From Nonlabens ponticola (GTDB lineage Bacteria > Bacteroidota > Bacteroidia > Flavobacteriales > Flavobacteriaceae), in contig NZ_CP034549.1 of assembly GCF_003966335.1 (NCBI RefSeq), positions 1,320,001 to 1,352,000 of the forward strand: a stretch of 32,000 bases of DNA, read 5' to 3'. The position numbers and the translations under genes are program-made. How positions within the stretch are numbered: the first letter of the stretch is position 1; every line of letters begins with the position of its first letter. Of this stretch, positions 7,848 to 15,515 are shown one piece after another. Under the pieces are notes generated by a model, which did not search any database, was not told where the DNA came from, and saw only the letters and a program-made list of their open reading frames with translations.

Positions 7848-10055
7848 ATGAGCAAAACCATCATAGTTTCAAATCGATTGCCACTTCAATTATCTATTGA
7901 AAACGACCAGGTGAGTTCGCACCCCAGCGTTGGTGGACTGGCGACAGGTTTGAAATCGGTACACAGAGACAACAATGGCTTATGGATAGGTTGGACTGGA
8001 CTCACAAAGGAAGAGACGCCCGACCACCTCAAATCTGAAATACAGCAAGCAGTCACAAATCAACAGTGTGCTGCTGTGGAATTGACCCAGCGCGATATGG
8101 ATGGCTTTTACTATGGTTTTAGCAATCGTACTATTTGGCCGCTGTTCCATTATTTTATGGAATATGCAGAATTTGATGATGAAAATTGGGAAATCTATAA
8201 AAGCGTAAATCAGAAGTTTGCTCAGGTCGTGCTGGAAAATCTAGAAGATGGCGACACCGTTTGGGTACACGATTATCAATTGATGTTGCTGCCACAAATG
8301 ATCAAAGAGCAGCGACCCGACGTTTCCATTGGATTTTTCCTGCACATTCCGTTCCCATCCTACGAGGTTTTTAGGACCTTACCATGGCGTGAACAATTGC
8401 TCAATGGCCTGCTGGGTGCAGATTTGTTGGGCTTCCATACCTATGATTATGAGCGTCATTTCTTGAGTTCGGTAAGTAGGATTCTGGGGCATGAGGTAAG
8501 CTTCAATGAGATCACGTTCAAAGATCGTCTAATCAAGGTAGACAGCTTTCCCATGGGTATCGATTATGAGAAGTTTTCCGCTTCCGCGAAAGCGAACTAT
8601 CAACAAACTGATAAAACACAAAGCGAGCTACAACGTCGATTGGATCTTCATGCAACGGCCACGCCAGATGCCAAAATGATTCTTTCCATAGATCGTTTGG
8701 ATTACACAAAAGGGATCGCAAATAGGCTGCGTGCATTTGAACATTTTCTAGAGAAATATCCGCATTATTCTGAGAAAGTCAGACTAGTCATGCTAGCGGT
8801 ACCTAGCCGATCAAATGTGCCACAATATCAAGTGTTGAAGAAAGAAATTGACGAGTTGGTAGGACGCATCAATGGTAAATTTTCTACCGTGAGCTGGACG
8901 CCAGTCTGGTATTTCTATAGATCCATGCCTTTCGAGAATCTTATCGATCTCTATACATCATGCGATGTCGCGTTGATCACACCTATACGCGATGGAATGA
9001 ATCTGGTCGCCAAAGAATACGTCGCCACCAGAATCGACCGCACTGGCGTATTGATCCTGTCAGAAATGGCTGGTGCCGCCAAGGAAATGAACGAGGCACT
9101 ACTCATCAACCCAAACAACATTAATCTGATTGCGGATACCATCAAAGAAGCGCTAGAAATGCCCGTAGAAGAACAAAAGAAGCGTAATAAGTTCATGCAA
9201 AGCCGCTTGAAACGTTACAATGTGGAAAAATGGGCGAGTGATTTCATGGTCAAACTAGACGCAGTAAAAGGCAATCAAACCGTAGTCAAGGCAAAGCATA
9301 TCAATGAGAAAAGGCAAACGGTAATTCTCGAGCAATTTCAAAAAGCCAATAAGCGCATATTCTTCCTTGATTATGATGGCACATTGCGAGGTTTTGTCAA
9401 TAATCCAGGCGATGCAAAACCTGATGTAGCATTGCTGGAAATGATCAAAAAGCTGCAAGCACCTGACCAAAACGAAGTGGTGATTATTAGCGGTCGCGAC
9501 AGCGTGACGCTAGGCGAGTGGTTTCAGGACGTGCCTGTCACGCTAATTTCTGAGCATGGTGTGTTGAAAAAAACATACGGGCAGGATTGGGAACTTACCG
9601 AAACTATGAACAATGATTGGGTACCTACCATCCAGCCTGTATTGCAAACCTATGTAGACCGTACACCAGGAACTTTTATTGAAGAAAAAAACTACAGTAT
9701 TGCCTGGCATTACCGCAAAGCAGATCCACAATTAGGTGAGCAGCGAGCCAATGAGCTATCAAACGTGATACGGGAATTAACCAGCAATCATGGGTTGAGC
9801 GTGCTGTCTGGGAACAAGGTCATTGAGATCAAGAGTAGCAATGTCCACAAGGGTAAGGCAGCTAACAATCATATCCTGAACAAGAACTATAACTTTATAT
9901 TCTGCATAGGCGACGACTGGACAGACGAGTTCATGTTTCACGATCTACCAGAAACTGCCATCACAGTCAAGGTAGGACTTGCTAATACCGCAGCTCGCTA
10001 CTACGTTGATGATACAGATCAAGTCAGAGACATGTTGCAAATGTTTATTAAGTAA
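7848..10055 (+). CDS. otsA: Bifunctional trehalose-6-phosphate synthase (GT20) / trehalose-6-phosphate phosphatase (HAD) fusion
   Basis: 735 aa. The N-terminal IVSNRLP, HDYQLMLLP and GMNLVAKEY motifs are GT20 OtsA motifs. The C-terminal FFLDYDGTL and GDDWTDE are HAD OtsB motifs. Confidence 0.93.
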   Translation: MSKTIIVSNRLPLQLSIENDQVSSHPSVGGLATGLKSVHRDNNGLWIGWTGLTKEETPDHLKSEIQQAVTNQQCAAVELTQRDMDGFYYGFSNRTIWPLFHYFMEYAEFDDENWEIYKSVNQKFAQVVLENLEDGDTVWVHDYQLMLLPQMIKEQRPDVSIGFFLHIPFPSYEVFRTLPWREQLLNGLLGADLLGFHTYDYERHFLSSVSRILGHEVSFNEITFKDRLIKVDSFPMGIDYEKFSASAKANYQQTDKTQSELQRRLDLHATATPDAKMILSIDRLDYTKGIANRLRAFEHFLEKYPHYSEKVRLVMLAVPSRSNVPQYQVLKKEIDELVGRINGKFSTVSWTPVWYFYRSMPFENLIDLYTSCDVALITPIRDGMNLVAKEYVATRIDRTGVLILSEMAGAAKEMNEALLINPNNINLIADTIKEALEMPVEEQKKRNKFMQSRLKRYNVEKWASDFMVKLDAVKGNQTVVKAKHINEKRQTVILEQFQKANKRIFFLDYDGTLRGFVNNPGDAKPDVALLEMIKKLQAPDQNEVVIISGRDSVTLGEWFQDVPVTLISEHGVLKKTYGQDWELTETMNNDWVPTIQPVLQTYVDRTPGTFIEEKNYSIAWHYRKADPQLGEQRANELSNVIRELTSNHGLSVLSGNKVIEIKSSNVHKGKAANNHILNKNYNFIFCIGDDWTDEFMFHDLPETAITVKVGLANTAARYYVDDTDQVRDMLQMFIK
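8579..8594. repeat. PAL copy, CGCTTCCGCGAAAGCG (1 mismatch), inside the otsA-otsB fusion gene
   Basis: Read directly from the sequence. It is translated as A-S-A-K-A. Confidence 0.75.
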
Positions 10056-10230
10056 ATGGCTAAGTCGATATTGCTATGCTGAAGTTGGACTCAAGAAACA
10101 GCTCATGTCCCTTATTTATTGGATTTCAAAACGATAGCCAGGCGAGAACTTGACTCAAGGAAAAATGGTAATACGTGACTGATGACTTTTGAGTTTCCGC
10201 AAACGATAGCGTAATGGTATCTTTACGCCA

Positions 10231-11094
10231 ATGGAACGAGTCAAAATAATCGAGTGCCCGCGTGACGCCATGCAAGGAATCAAGGAAATGATTCCTACCG
10301 CTACCAAGGTACAGTACATACAATCACTACTGCGATGCGGATTTGACACCATCGATTTTGGCAGTTTTGTATCGCCGCGAGCCATTCCTCAAATGGTGGA
10401 TACTGCCCAAGTTTTGGCTCAATTAGATCTTTCAAAAACGGATTCTAAACTACTCGCAATCGTTGCCAATCTGCGCGGTGCGCAGGCAGCCTGCGAGCAT
10501 CCAGAGATTGATTATTTGGGTTATCCGTTTTCCATAAGCGAGAACTTCCAGATGCGTAACACGCACAAAACCATTGCGCAATCTGTAGAGCTGCTTCAAG
10601 AGATTTTGGATCTCGCTTTCGCGAAAGGGAAAAAAGTAGTCGTTTATATATCGATGGGATTTGGTAATCCATACGGCGATCCATGGAATGTTGAGATCGT
10701 AGGCGAGTGGACGCAGCAATTAAGCGCCATGGGCGTGGAGATCTTGTCACTGTCTGATACGGTAGGAACATCAGATCCTGAATCTATTGAATACCTGTTT
10801 TCTAACCTGATTCCTGCTTATCCAGCTATCGAATTTGGTGCACACTTGCATACCACGCCAACAAAATGGCACGAAAAAGTGGATGCCGCCTACAAAGCTG
10901 GTTGCCGCAGATTTGATGGTGCAATTCAAGGTTTTGGCGGTTGCCCTATGGCCAAAGATGAACTCACCGGCAACATGCCTACCGAGAAAATGGTAAGTTA
11001 TTTCAATCAAGCAAAAGCCGATTCAGGCATCAAAATGACCTCATTTGAAAGCAGCTATAATGAGGCGAGTACTATTTTTGGGAGGTATCATTGA
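10231..11094 (+). CDS. Hydroxymethylglutaryl-CoA lyase
   Basis: 287 aa. The N-terminus MERVKIIECPRDAMQG and the internal SLSDTVG and GAHLH motifs fit the HMGL-like TIM-barrel family. Confidence 0.9.
   Translation: MERVKIIECPRDAMQGIKEMIPTATKVQYIQSLLRCGFDTIDFGSFVSPRAIPQMVDTAQVLAQLDLSKTDSKLLAIVANLRGAQAACEHPEIDYLGYPFSISENFQMRNTHKTIAQSVELLQEILDLAFAKGKKVVVYISMGFGNPYGDPWNVEIVGEWTQQLSAMGVEILSLSDTVGTSDPESIEYLFSNLIPAYPAIEFGAHLHTTPTKWHEKVDAAYKAGCRRFDGAIQGFGGCPMAKDELTGNMPTEKMVSYFNQAKADSGIKMTSFESSYNEASTIFGRYH
10614..10629. repeat. PAL copy, CGCTTTCGCGAAAGGG (1 mismatch), inside the HMG-CoA lyase gene
   Basis: Read directly from the sequence. It is translated as A-F-A-K-G. Confidence 0.75.
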
Positions 11095-11127
11095 GTGGCT
11101 TTGCTTCAATCCGTAAATAATAATTAT

Positions 11128-11139
11128 TGTCATGCTGAT
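11128..11139. repeat. Left half of an HP-A hairpin repeat (TGTCATGCTGAT) apparently split by the IS110 element
   Basis: The same TGTCATGCTG prefix occurs in the intact copies at 4601 and 13558. The arm ATGCTGAT (11132-11139) is the exact reverse complement of ATCAGCAT at 12245-12252. Confidence 0.5.
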
Positions 11140-11140
11140 T

Positions 11141-12244
11141 TCTATGACAATGACAAGCTATTTTTATAAATAGTTTGGTTTTTGATCAGTGCGTAGATGA
11201 TGTGAATGATTTTGTTCCTGACGGCATTTAATACACTCATCTTATTTTTTCCTTCTGCAATTTTTCTCTGGTAATAGTACTTGAGGTCACATTCGAGTCT
11301 CACGGCTCTCATGGCGGCCATGTGCAACAAGGTCTTCATGGACTTATCTGCCATGTGGGACACCCTATTTCTAGATTTGAGTGATATTCCCGATTGATAG
11401 TTGAAGGGAACCACGCCAGCACTGCAGGCAAGTTTCCTGGGATCGGTGTAGGTGTTGAAGCCTTCGGTCTTGATGACGATAGCCGTCGAGAGCACCGTTC
11501 CCACACCTGGCACACTGCGTACCAGTTCTATCTGTTCCCTTATGGTTTGATCCATGTCTATCAACTCTTCCAAGATGGCTTCAAGATCCTTTATCTGTTG
11601 GCTTACCAGCTTTAGGCTCTTGTTGAACATATTGACAAGTCTGCGCTTGAGCCTTGGATCCTTGATCAGTTTCAGGTCTCTTTGCTGCTGGAGCAGCCTG
11701 GCGCGTGTCTTTATCTTCGATCTTCTTTCAGTCATCACGTACTTCATCTCCATGATCGTTTCACTGCACGGTTTCCACGGATCGAGTTCCTTATGATTCT
11801 TCTCGACAAAATTGGCGATGCGCTCTGCATCGACCTTATCATTCTTTCCTCTGACAAGTCCCAGGCTTTTCTTTAAATGGAAGGGATATATCACAAAGGT
11901 CTTTAGCTCCAGCGTCCGCAGGACCTCATAGAGATTGTAATTGTACCTTCCAGTGTTCTCCATACCCAGCAGTATGTTCCTGTCCTTACTCACCAATGGT
12001 ACAAGGAACTTCTTGATGGCACCCACCTTATTCTTGATCACGAAGAACTGATCACATCGTTGCTCTCTGATACAGATATCCAATGTCTGGGCACTGATAT
12101 CTATACCGATAATTAAATCTGTCATACCTTTATTTTTGATTAATAATGAAGAGAGGAGATCATCAATAATTCAATTCCTTAATAATGGGCTCGTATCCCT
12201 AATTTCTATTTGAAAATTTGATGATTAGATAGGCTCAGGTCTGT
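11141..12244 (-). mobile_element. IS110-family insertion sequence; boundaries are approximate and inferred from the split hairpin
   Basis: It contains a single DEDD-type transposase ORF. I found no terminal inverted repeats, as expected for IS110. It is flanked by the two complementary half-arms of a hairpin repeat. Confidence 0.55.
11142..12125 (-). CDS. IS110 family transposase (DEDD recombinase)
   Basis: 327 aa. The N-terminus is MTDLIIGIDISAQTLDICI (RuvC-like DEDD). The C-terminal SVPGVGTVLSTAIV and NKMSVLNAVRNKIIHIIYALI are typical of the IS110/IS116/IS902 transposase domains. Confidence 0.92.
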   Translation of the reverse strand: MTDLIIGIDISAQTLDICIREQRCDQFFVIKNKVGAIKKFLVPLVSKDRNILLGMENTGRYNYNLYEVLRTLELKTFVIYPFHLKKSLGLVRGKNDKVDAERIANFVEKNHKELDPWKPCSETIMEMKYVMTERRSKIKTRARLLQQQRDLKLIKDPRLKRRLVNMFNKSLKLVSQQIKDLEAILEELIDMDQTIREQIELVRSVPGVGTVLSTAIVIKTEGFNTYTDPRKLACSAGVVPFNYQSGISLKSRNRVSHMADKSMKTLLHMAAMRAVRLECDLKYYYQRKIAEGKNKMSVLNAVRNKIIHIIYALIKNQTIYKNSLSLS

Positions 12245-12252
12245 ATCAGCAT
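12245..12252. repeat. Right half-arm (ATCAGCAT) of the HP-A hairpin split by the IS110 element
   Basis: It is the exact reverse complement of 11132-11139. See the finding. Confidence 0.45.
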
Positions 12253-12479
12253 ATTGATTGATCGATCAAGAACTTATTATAGTGTACCTGAACCTATCCT
12301 CTCTTTTTCTATTGAAAATAATACATGCAAGTCTAAAGGAACTGGTTTCAGCATCTTACGTGGTCACTTTACTTACAAATCATTGATACTGCAATACTAC
12401 GAACAGATCACATTGTTAAATCCTTTGCACATCAAACTAACAAGTGTTAGTTTCGTTAGGAAATAACGACTCAATATTT

Positions 12480-13556
12480 GTGAATAAATTTCATGACATA
12501 ACGCTTTCAGAGGTTTACAAAGAAACCGAGGATACAACGGTACTCACATTTGATGTGCCGCAAGAATTGCGTGAAGAATTTAATTATCGTCAAGGCCAGT
12601 TTTTGACCTTACGAGCTACTATAAATGATGAAGACGTACGCCGCAGTTACTCGCTGTGCAGCAGTCCGCTGGACAATGAATGGAAGGTTGCCGTAAAGGA
12701 GATTTTTGAAGGTAAGTTCTCGACCTATGTCAACAGAGAACTTAAGGTAGGCGACACGATTAAGGTCGCAGCACCTAGCGGTGATTTTGGGATTGAGTGT
12801 GCGGATGAAAAGCAGACTAAAAACTACGTTGCATTTGCCGCAGGTAGTGGTATTACACCCATGCTCAGCATCATCAAGACACACTTGAAAAAAGAGCCAA
12901 ATGCCAAATTCAAGTTATTCTATTTAAATCGCACGGCAAAATCCATTATCTTCAAAGAAGAGATAGAGGCTCTGAAAAACAAGTACTTAAGTAGGTTTGA
13001 GGTCTTTTATTTCTTGAGTCGTGAACAAAGAGATATACCACTTTTCAATGGTCGATTTGATCAGGAAAAGTTGCAGCAGTTGACACAGACATTGATTAAC
13101 GCACCGCATACCGATGATGCATTCATCTGCGGTCCAGAAGAGATGATTTTCTTGATAAGAGACGAGCTTGTTACTGCAGGAATGAATAAGGAAAACATCT
13201 ATTACGAGCTTTTCGTGAGTGGATTGAGTGATGCAGACAAAGCTAGAGCAGCGGCCGCGCTGGAGAAAAAAGTAGATGGTGTTGACGTGACGATCATCGA
13301 TGGGAGCAAGGAATTTCACTTTGTGCTAGGTGATGATCACGATAATGTATTGGATGCAGCGATTGCCGCTGGTGCAGATTTACCATATGCCTGCAAAGGT
13401 GGCGTATGCAGCACCTGCAAGTGCAAGGTAGAAGAAGGCAGCGTAGAGATGAAAGTCAACTATGCACTCACGGATGATGAGGTCGATAAGGGTTACGTAT
13501 TAAGCTGCGTGAGTGTCCCAACCAGTAAAAAGTTGGTAGTGAATTATGATGTATAA
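12480..13556 (+). CDS. paaE: Phenylacetyl-CoA epoxidase reductase subunit PaaE (FNR-like domain plus 2Fe-2S ferredoxin)
   Basis: The ORF is open from 12444. GTG 12480 gives (M)NKFHDITL, which fits the usual length. It has the RRSYSLCS flavin motif, the GSGITPM NAD motif and the C-terminal CKGGVCSTCKC 2Fe-2S cluster motif. Confidence 0.9.
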   Translation: MNKFHDITLSEVYKETEDTTVLTFDVPQELREEFNYRQGQFLTLRATINDEDVRRSYSLCSSPLDNEWKVAVKEIFEGKFSTYVNRELKVGDTIKVAAPSGDFGIECADEKQTKNYVAFAAGSGITPMLSIIKTHLKKEPNAKFKLFYLNRTAKSIIFKEEIEALKNKYLSRFEVFYFLSREQRDIPLFNGRFDQEKLQQLTQTLINAPHTDDAFICGPEEMIFLIRDELVTAGMNKENIYYELFVSGLSDADKARAAAALEKKVDGVDVTIIDGSKEFHFVLGDDHDNVLDAAIAAGADLPYACKGGVCSTCKCKVEEGSVEMKVNYALTDDEVDKGYVLSCVSVPTSKKLVVNYDV

Positions 13557-13557
13557 C

Positions 13558-13583
13558 TGTCATGCTGAATTTATTTCAGCATC
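13558..13583. repeat. HP-A hairpin repeat (TGTCATGCTGAATTTATTTCAGCATC), terminator-like, directly after the paaE stop
   Basis: The arms ATGCTGAA (13562-13569) and TTCAGCAT (13575-13582) pair perfectly, with a 5-nt loop. A T-run lies a few nt downstream. Confidence 0.7.
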
Positions 13584-13617
13584 TCTCAGTTTTTTGCAGT
13601 ACAGTTTTTGATGATTA

Positions 13618-13633
13618 CGCTTTCGCGAAAGCG
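13618..13633. repeat. PAL copy, perfect 16 bp CGCTTTCGCGAAAGCG, intergenic between paaE and paaA
   Basis: Read directly from the sequence. Confidence 0.9.
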
Positions 13634-13670
13634 GATTCATTAAAAATCTACCGAGTAAAACGAATAACTA

Positions 13671-13692
13671 AAGCCATCCTGCGAGGGCTTGA
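13671..13692. repeat. Degenerate copy of hairpin family HP-B (AAGCCATCCTGCGAGGGCTTGA)
   Basis: It matches the 30055-30077 copy (AAGCCGTCCTGCGACGGCTTGA) except for two substitutions that break one stem pair. Confidence 0.5.
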
Positions 13693-13755
13693 ATAGATAA
13701 ACGAAAATGTTGCAAGCTGGCTGTTAACCAGTAACCGACAACTAATAACTACATT

Positions 13756-14718
13756 ATGAGCGAAGCAGAAATTAAAAGTCTAGAAGAGCAGTTTGATGCA
13801 AAAATTGCCCGTGATGAGAAAATTGAGCCGAAAGACTGGATGCCAGAGAAGTACCGCAAGACGCACATCAGGCAGATAAGTCAGCACGCGCATTCTGAAA
13901 TTGTAGGGATGCTGCCTGAAGGTAATTGGATCACACGCGCGCCATCGTTGCGTCGCAAAGTTGCTTTATTAGCAAAGGTTCAAGACGAGGCTGGACATGG
14001 CTTGTATCTGTACAGCGCCTGTGAAACATTGGGCATTACTCGTGAGCAGATGTATGAAGATTTGCATTCCGGAAAAGCAAAATATTCTTCCATTTTTAAT
14101 TATCCTACAGTCACTTGGGCAGATATGGGTGCGATAGGCTGGTTAGTCGATGGTGCTGCTATTATAAATCAAGTACCACTTTGCAGTACTTCATATGGGC
14201 CGTATGCAAGAGCCATGGTGCGTGTTTGTAAGGAAGAAAGCTTTCACCAGCGACAAGGTTATGAGATCATGCTATCCCTTTGTAATGGTACTGATGAGCA
14301 AAAAGAAATGGCACAAGACGCGCTTAATAGATGGTGGTGGCCATCACTCATGATGCTAGGCCCTACTGATGCGGCTAGTACACATACAGAGCAGTCCATG
14401 AAATGGAAGTTGAAGCGCAAGACCAACGATGAATTGCGCCAGCAGTTTATTGATCAAACCGTTCCTCAAGCTGATATTCTAGGGTTGACGATTCCTGATC
14501 CAGATTTGAAATGGAATGAAGAAACGGGACATTATGATTTTGGCGAGATTGATTGGGATGAATTCTGGCAAGTGGTCAAAGGTCATGGTCCTATGAACAA
14601 ATCAAGACTAGATGCGCGACGCGACGCTTGGGAAAACGGTGCATGGGTACGCGAGGCTGCCACGGCTTATGCAAACAAACAACGAGAGCGTAAAGAAGAA
14701 GCTGCGCAGGCTTCATAA
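13756..14718 (+). CDS. paaA: 1,2-phenylacetyl-CoA epoxidase catalytic subunit PaaA
   Basis: 320 aa with ferritin-like di-iron motifs (QDEAGHG ... EESFHQRQG). It sits in paa cluster context. Confidence 0.95.
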   Translation: MSEAEIKSLEEQFDAKIARDEKIEPKDWMPEKYRKTHIRQISQHAHSEIVGMLPEGNWITRAPSLRRKVALLAKVQDEAGHGLYLYSACETLGITREQMYEDLHSGKAKYSSIFNYPTVTWADMGAIGWLVDGAAIINQVPLCSTSYGPYARAMVRVCKEESFHQRQGYEIMLSLCNGTDEQKEMAQDALNRWWWPSLMMLGPTDAASTHTEQSMKWKLKRKTNDELRQQFIDQTVPQADILGLTIPDPDLKWNEETGHYDFGEIDWDEFWQVVKGHGPMNKSRLDARRDAWENGAWVREAATAYANKQRERKEEAAQAS

Positions 14719-14727
14719 GTTTTACAT

Positions 14728-14757
14728 TCAAGCCGTCGTAGGACGGCTTCGCTTTTT
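14728..14757. repeat. HP-B hairpin repeat, terminator-like, between paaA and paaB
   Basis: TCAAGCCGTCGTAGGACGGCTTCGCTTTTT. The stem is AAGCCGTC/GACGGCTT with loop GTAG, followed by a T-run. Confidence 0.75.
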
Positions 14758-14777
14758 ATTTATCAGAAATTCGAAAT

Positions 14778-15068
14778 ATGTCCTCTAATCAAGAAACACC
14801 TCTTTGGGAAGTTTTTATAAGATCAAAGAATGGTCTAGAACACAGGCACTGCGGTAGCCTGCACGCAGAAGATGCAGAAATGGCTCTCAACAACGCACGC
14901 GATGTATACACACGCCGCAATGAAGGTGTCAGCATCTGGGTTGTTGAATCCAAAAACATTACCGCCAGCAGTCCAGACGATAGTGGCTCTTTATTTGAAC
15001 CTGCTAGTGATAAAGTTTACAGGCACCCAACGTTTTATGAGTTGCCTGACGAATTAAAACACATGTAA
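14778..15068 (+). CDS. paaB: 1,2-phenylacetyl-CoA epoxidase subunit PaaB
   Basis: 96 aa. PLWEVFIRSKNGLEHRHCGSLHA and YRHPTFY are typical of PaaB. Confidence 0.93.
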   Translation: MSSNQETPLWEVFIRSKNGLEHRHCGSLHAEDAEMALNNARDVYTRRNEGVSIWVVESKNITASSPDDSGSLFEPASDKVYRHPTFYELPDELKHM

Positions 15069-15109
15069 ATCTTTAAGTTGAAGATCAAGTCTAAGATTAA
15101 GTATAACGA

Positions 15110-15463
15110 ATGGACGAAAAGAAATATGATCTTGAAGATCGATTGATCAAGTTCGCTGTAGAAATTATCAATTTATCTAGAAAGGCAGATTGGAATGACT
15201 ACGCTTCAAGGTATTATCAGCAACAGCTGATACGTTCCTCTGGATCTGTCGCTTTAAATTTTGGAGAATTTTTAGGTGCCAGTAGTCAAAAAGACAAACT
15301 CAATAAACTGAATATTGCTCACAAAGAGATTAAAGAATGTAGGAACAATATACTTATTCAAATTGGTGCAGAACTCAATATAGTGTCAGAACTCAAAATA
15401 CTATCGCGAGAATCACTTGAATTAATCAAAATACTGAGAGCTATTATAAAATCTAAATCTTAA
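15110..15463 (+). CDS. Four-helix-bundle protein (23S rRNA intervening-sequence protein / Avd-like family)
   Basis: 117 aa. YDLEDRLIKFAVEIINL ... QLIRSSGSVALNFGE ... HKEIKECRN fits the PF05635-type four-helix-bundle pattern. It is AT-rich: 16 G+C in the 60 nt at 15301-15360 by hand count. Confidence 0.85.
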   Translation: MDEKKYDLEDRLIKFAVEIINLSRKADWNDYASRYYQQQLIRSSGSVALNFGEFLGASSQKDKLNKLNIAHKEIKECRNNILIQIGAELNIVSELKILSRESLELIKILRAIIKSKS

Positions 15464-15515
15464 AGTGAAAGACAAGGGTTAAACTTACACTTATCCTTCA
15501 ACTCAAACTTCTCTC

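Noticed and set aside
10076-10106. Possible degenerate HP-A hairpin after otsA-otsB (ATGCTG ... CAGCTCAT)
   Set aside because: The arms are imperfect, the loop is 16 nt and the TGTC prefix is absent. It cannot be distinguished from chance.
10126-10385. Two minus-strand ORFs (65 and 76 aa) in the otsA-otsB/HMG-CoA lyase spacer
   Set aside because: They overlap each other and the 5' end of the HMG-CoA lyase gene. They show no motifs and are most likely non-coding promoter or leader sequence.
11394-11876. Three plus-strand ORFs (64-80 aa) inside the IS110 element
   Set aside because: They are antisense to the transposase CDS, with no independent support.
12204-12319. Short direct repeat TTTCTAT(T)TGAAAAT at 12204-12218 and 12306-12319, considered as IS-end or target duplication
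   Set aside because: It is AT-rich and low in complexity, it has an indel, and the second copy is about 60 nt outside the inferred IS boundary. This does not fit IS110 biology.
12254-12466. A 70-aa ORF between the IS110 element and paaE
   Set aside because: It has a TTG start and AT-rich sequence with no motifs. The region is better explained as the paaE promoter/leader plus the IS flank.
15110-15463. The four-helix-bundle gene as the Avd component of a diversity-generating retroelement
   Set aside because: I could find no reverse transcriptase ORF and no template/variable repeat pair anywhere in the window.
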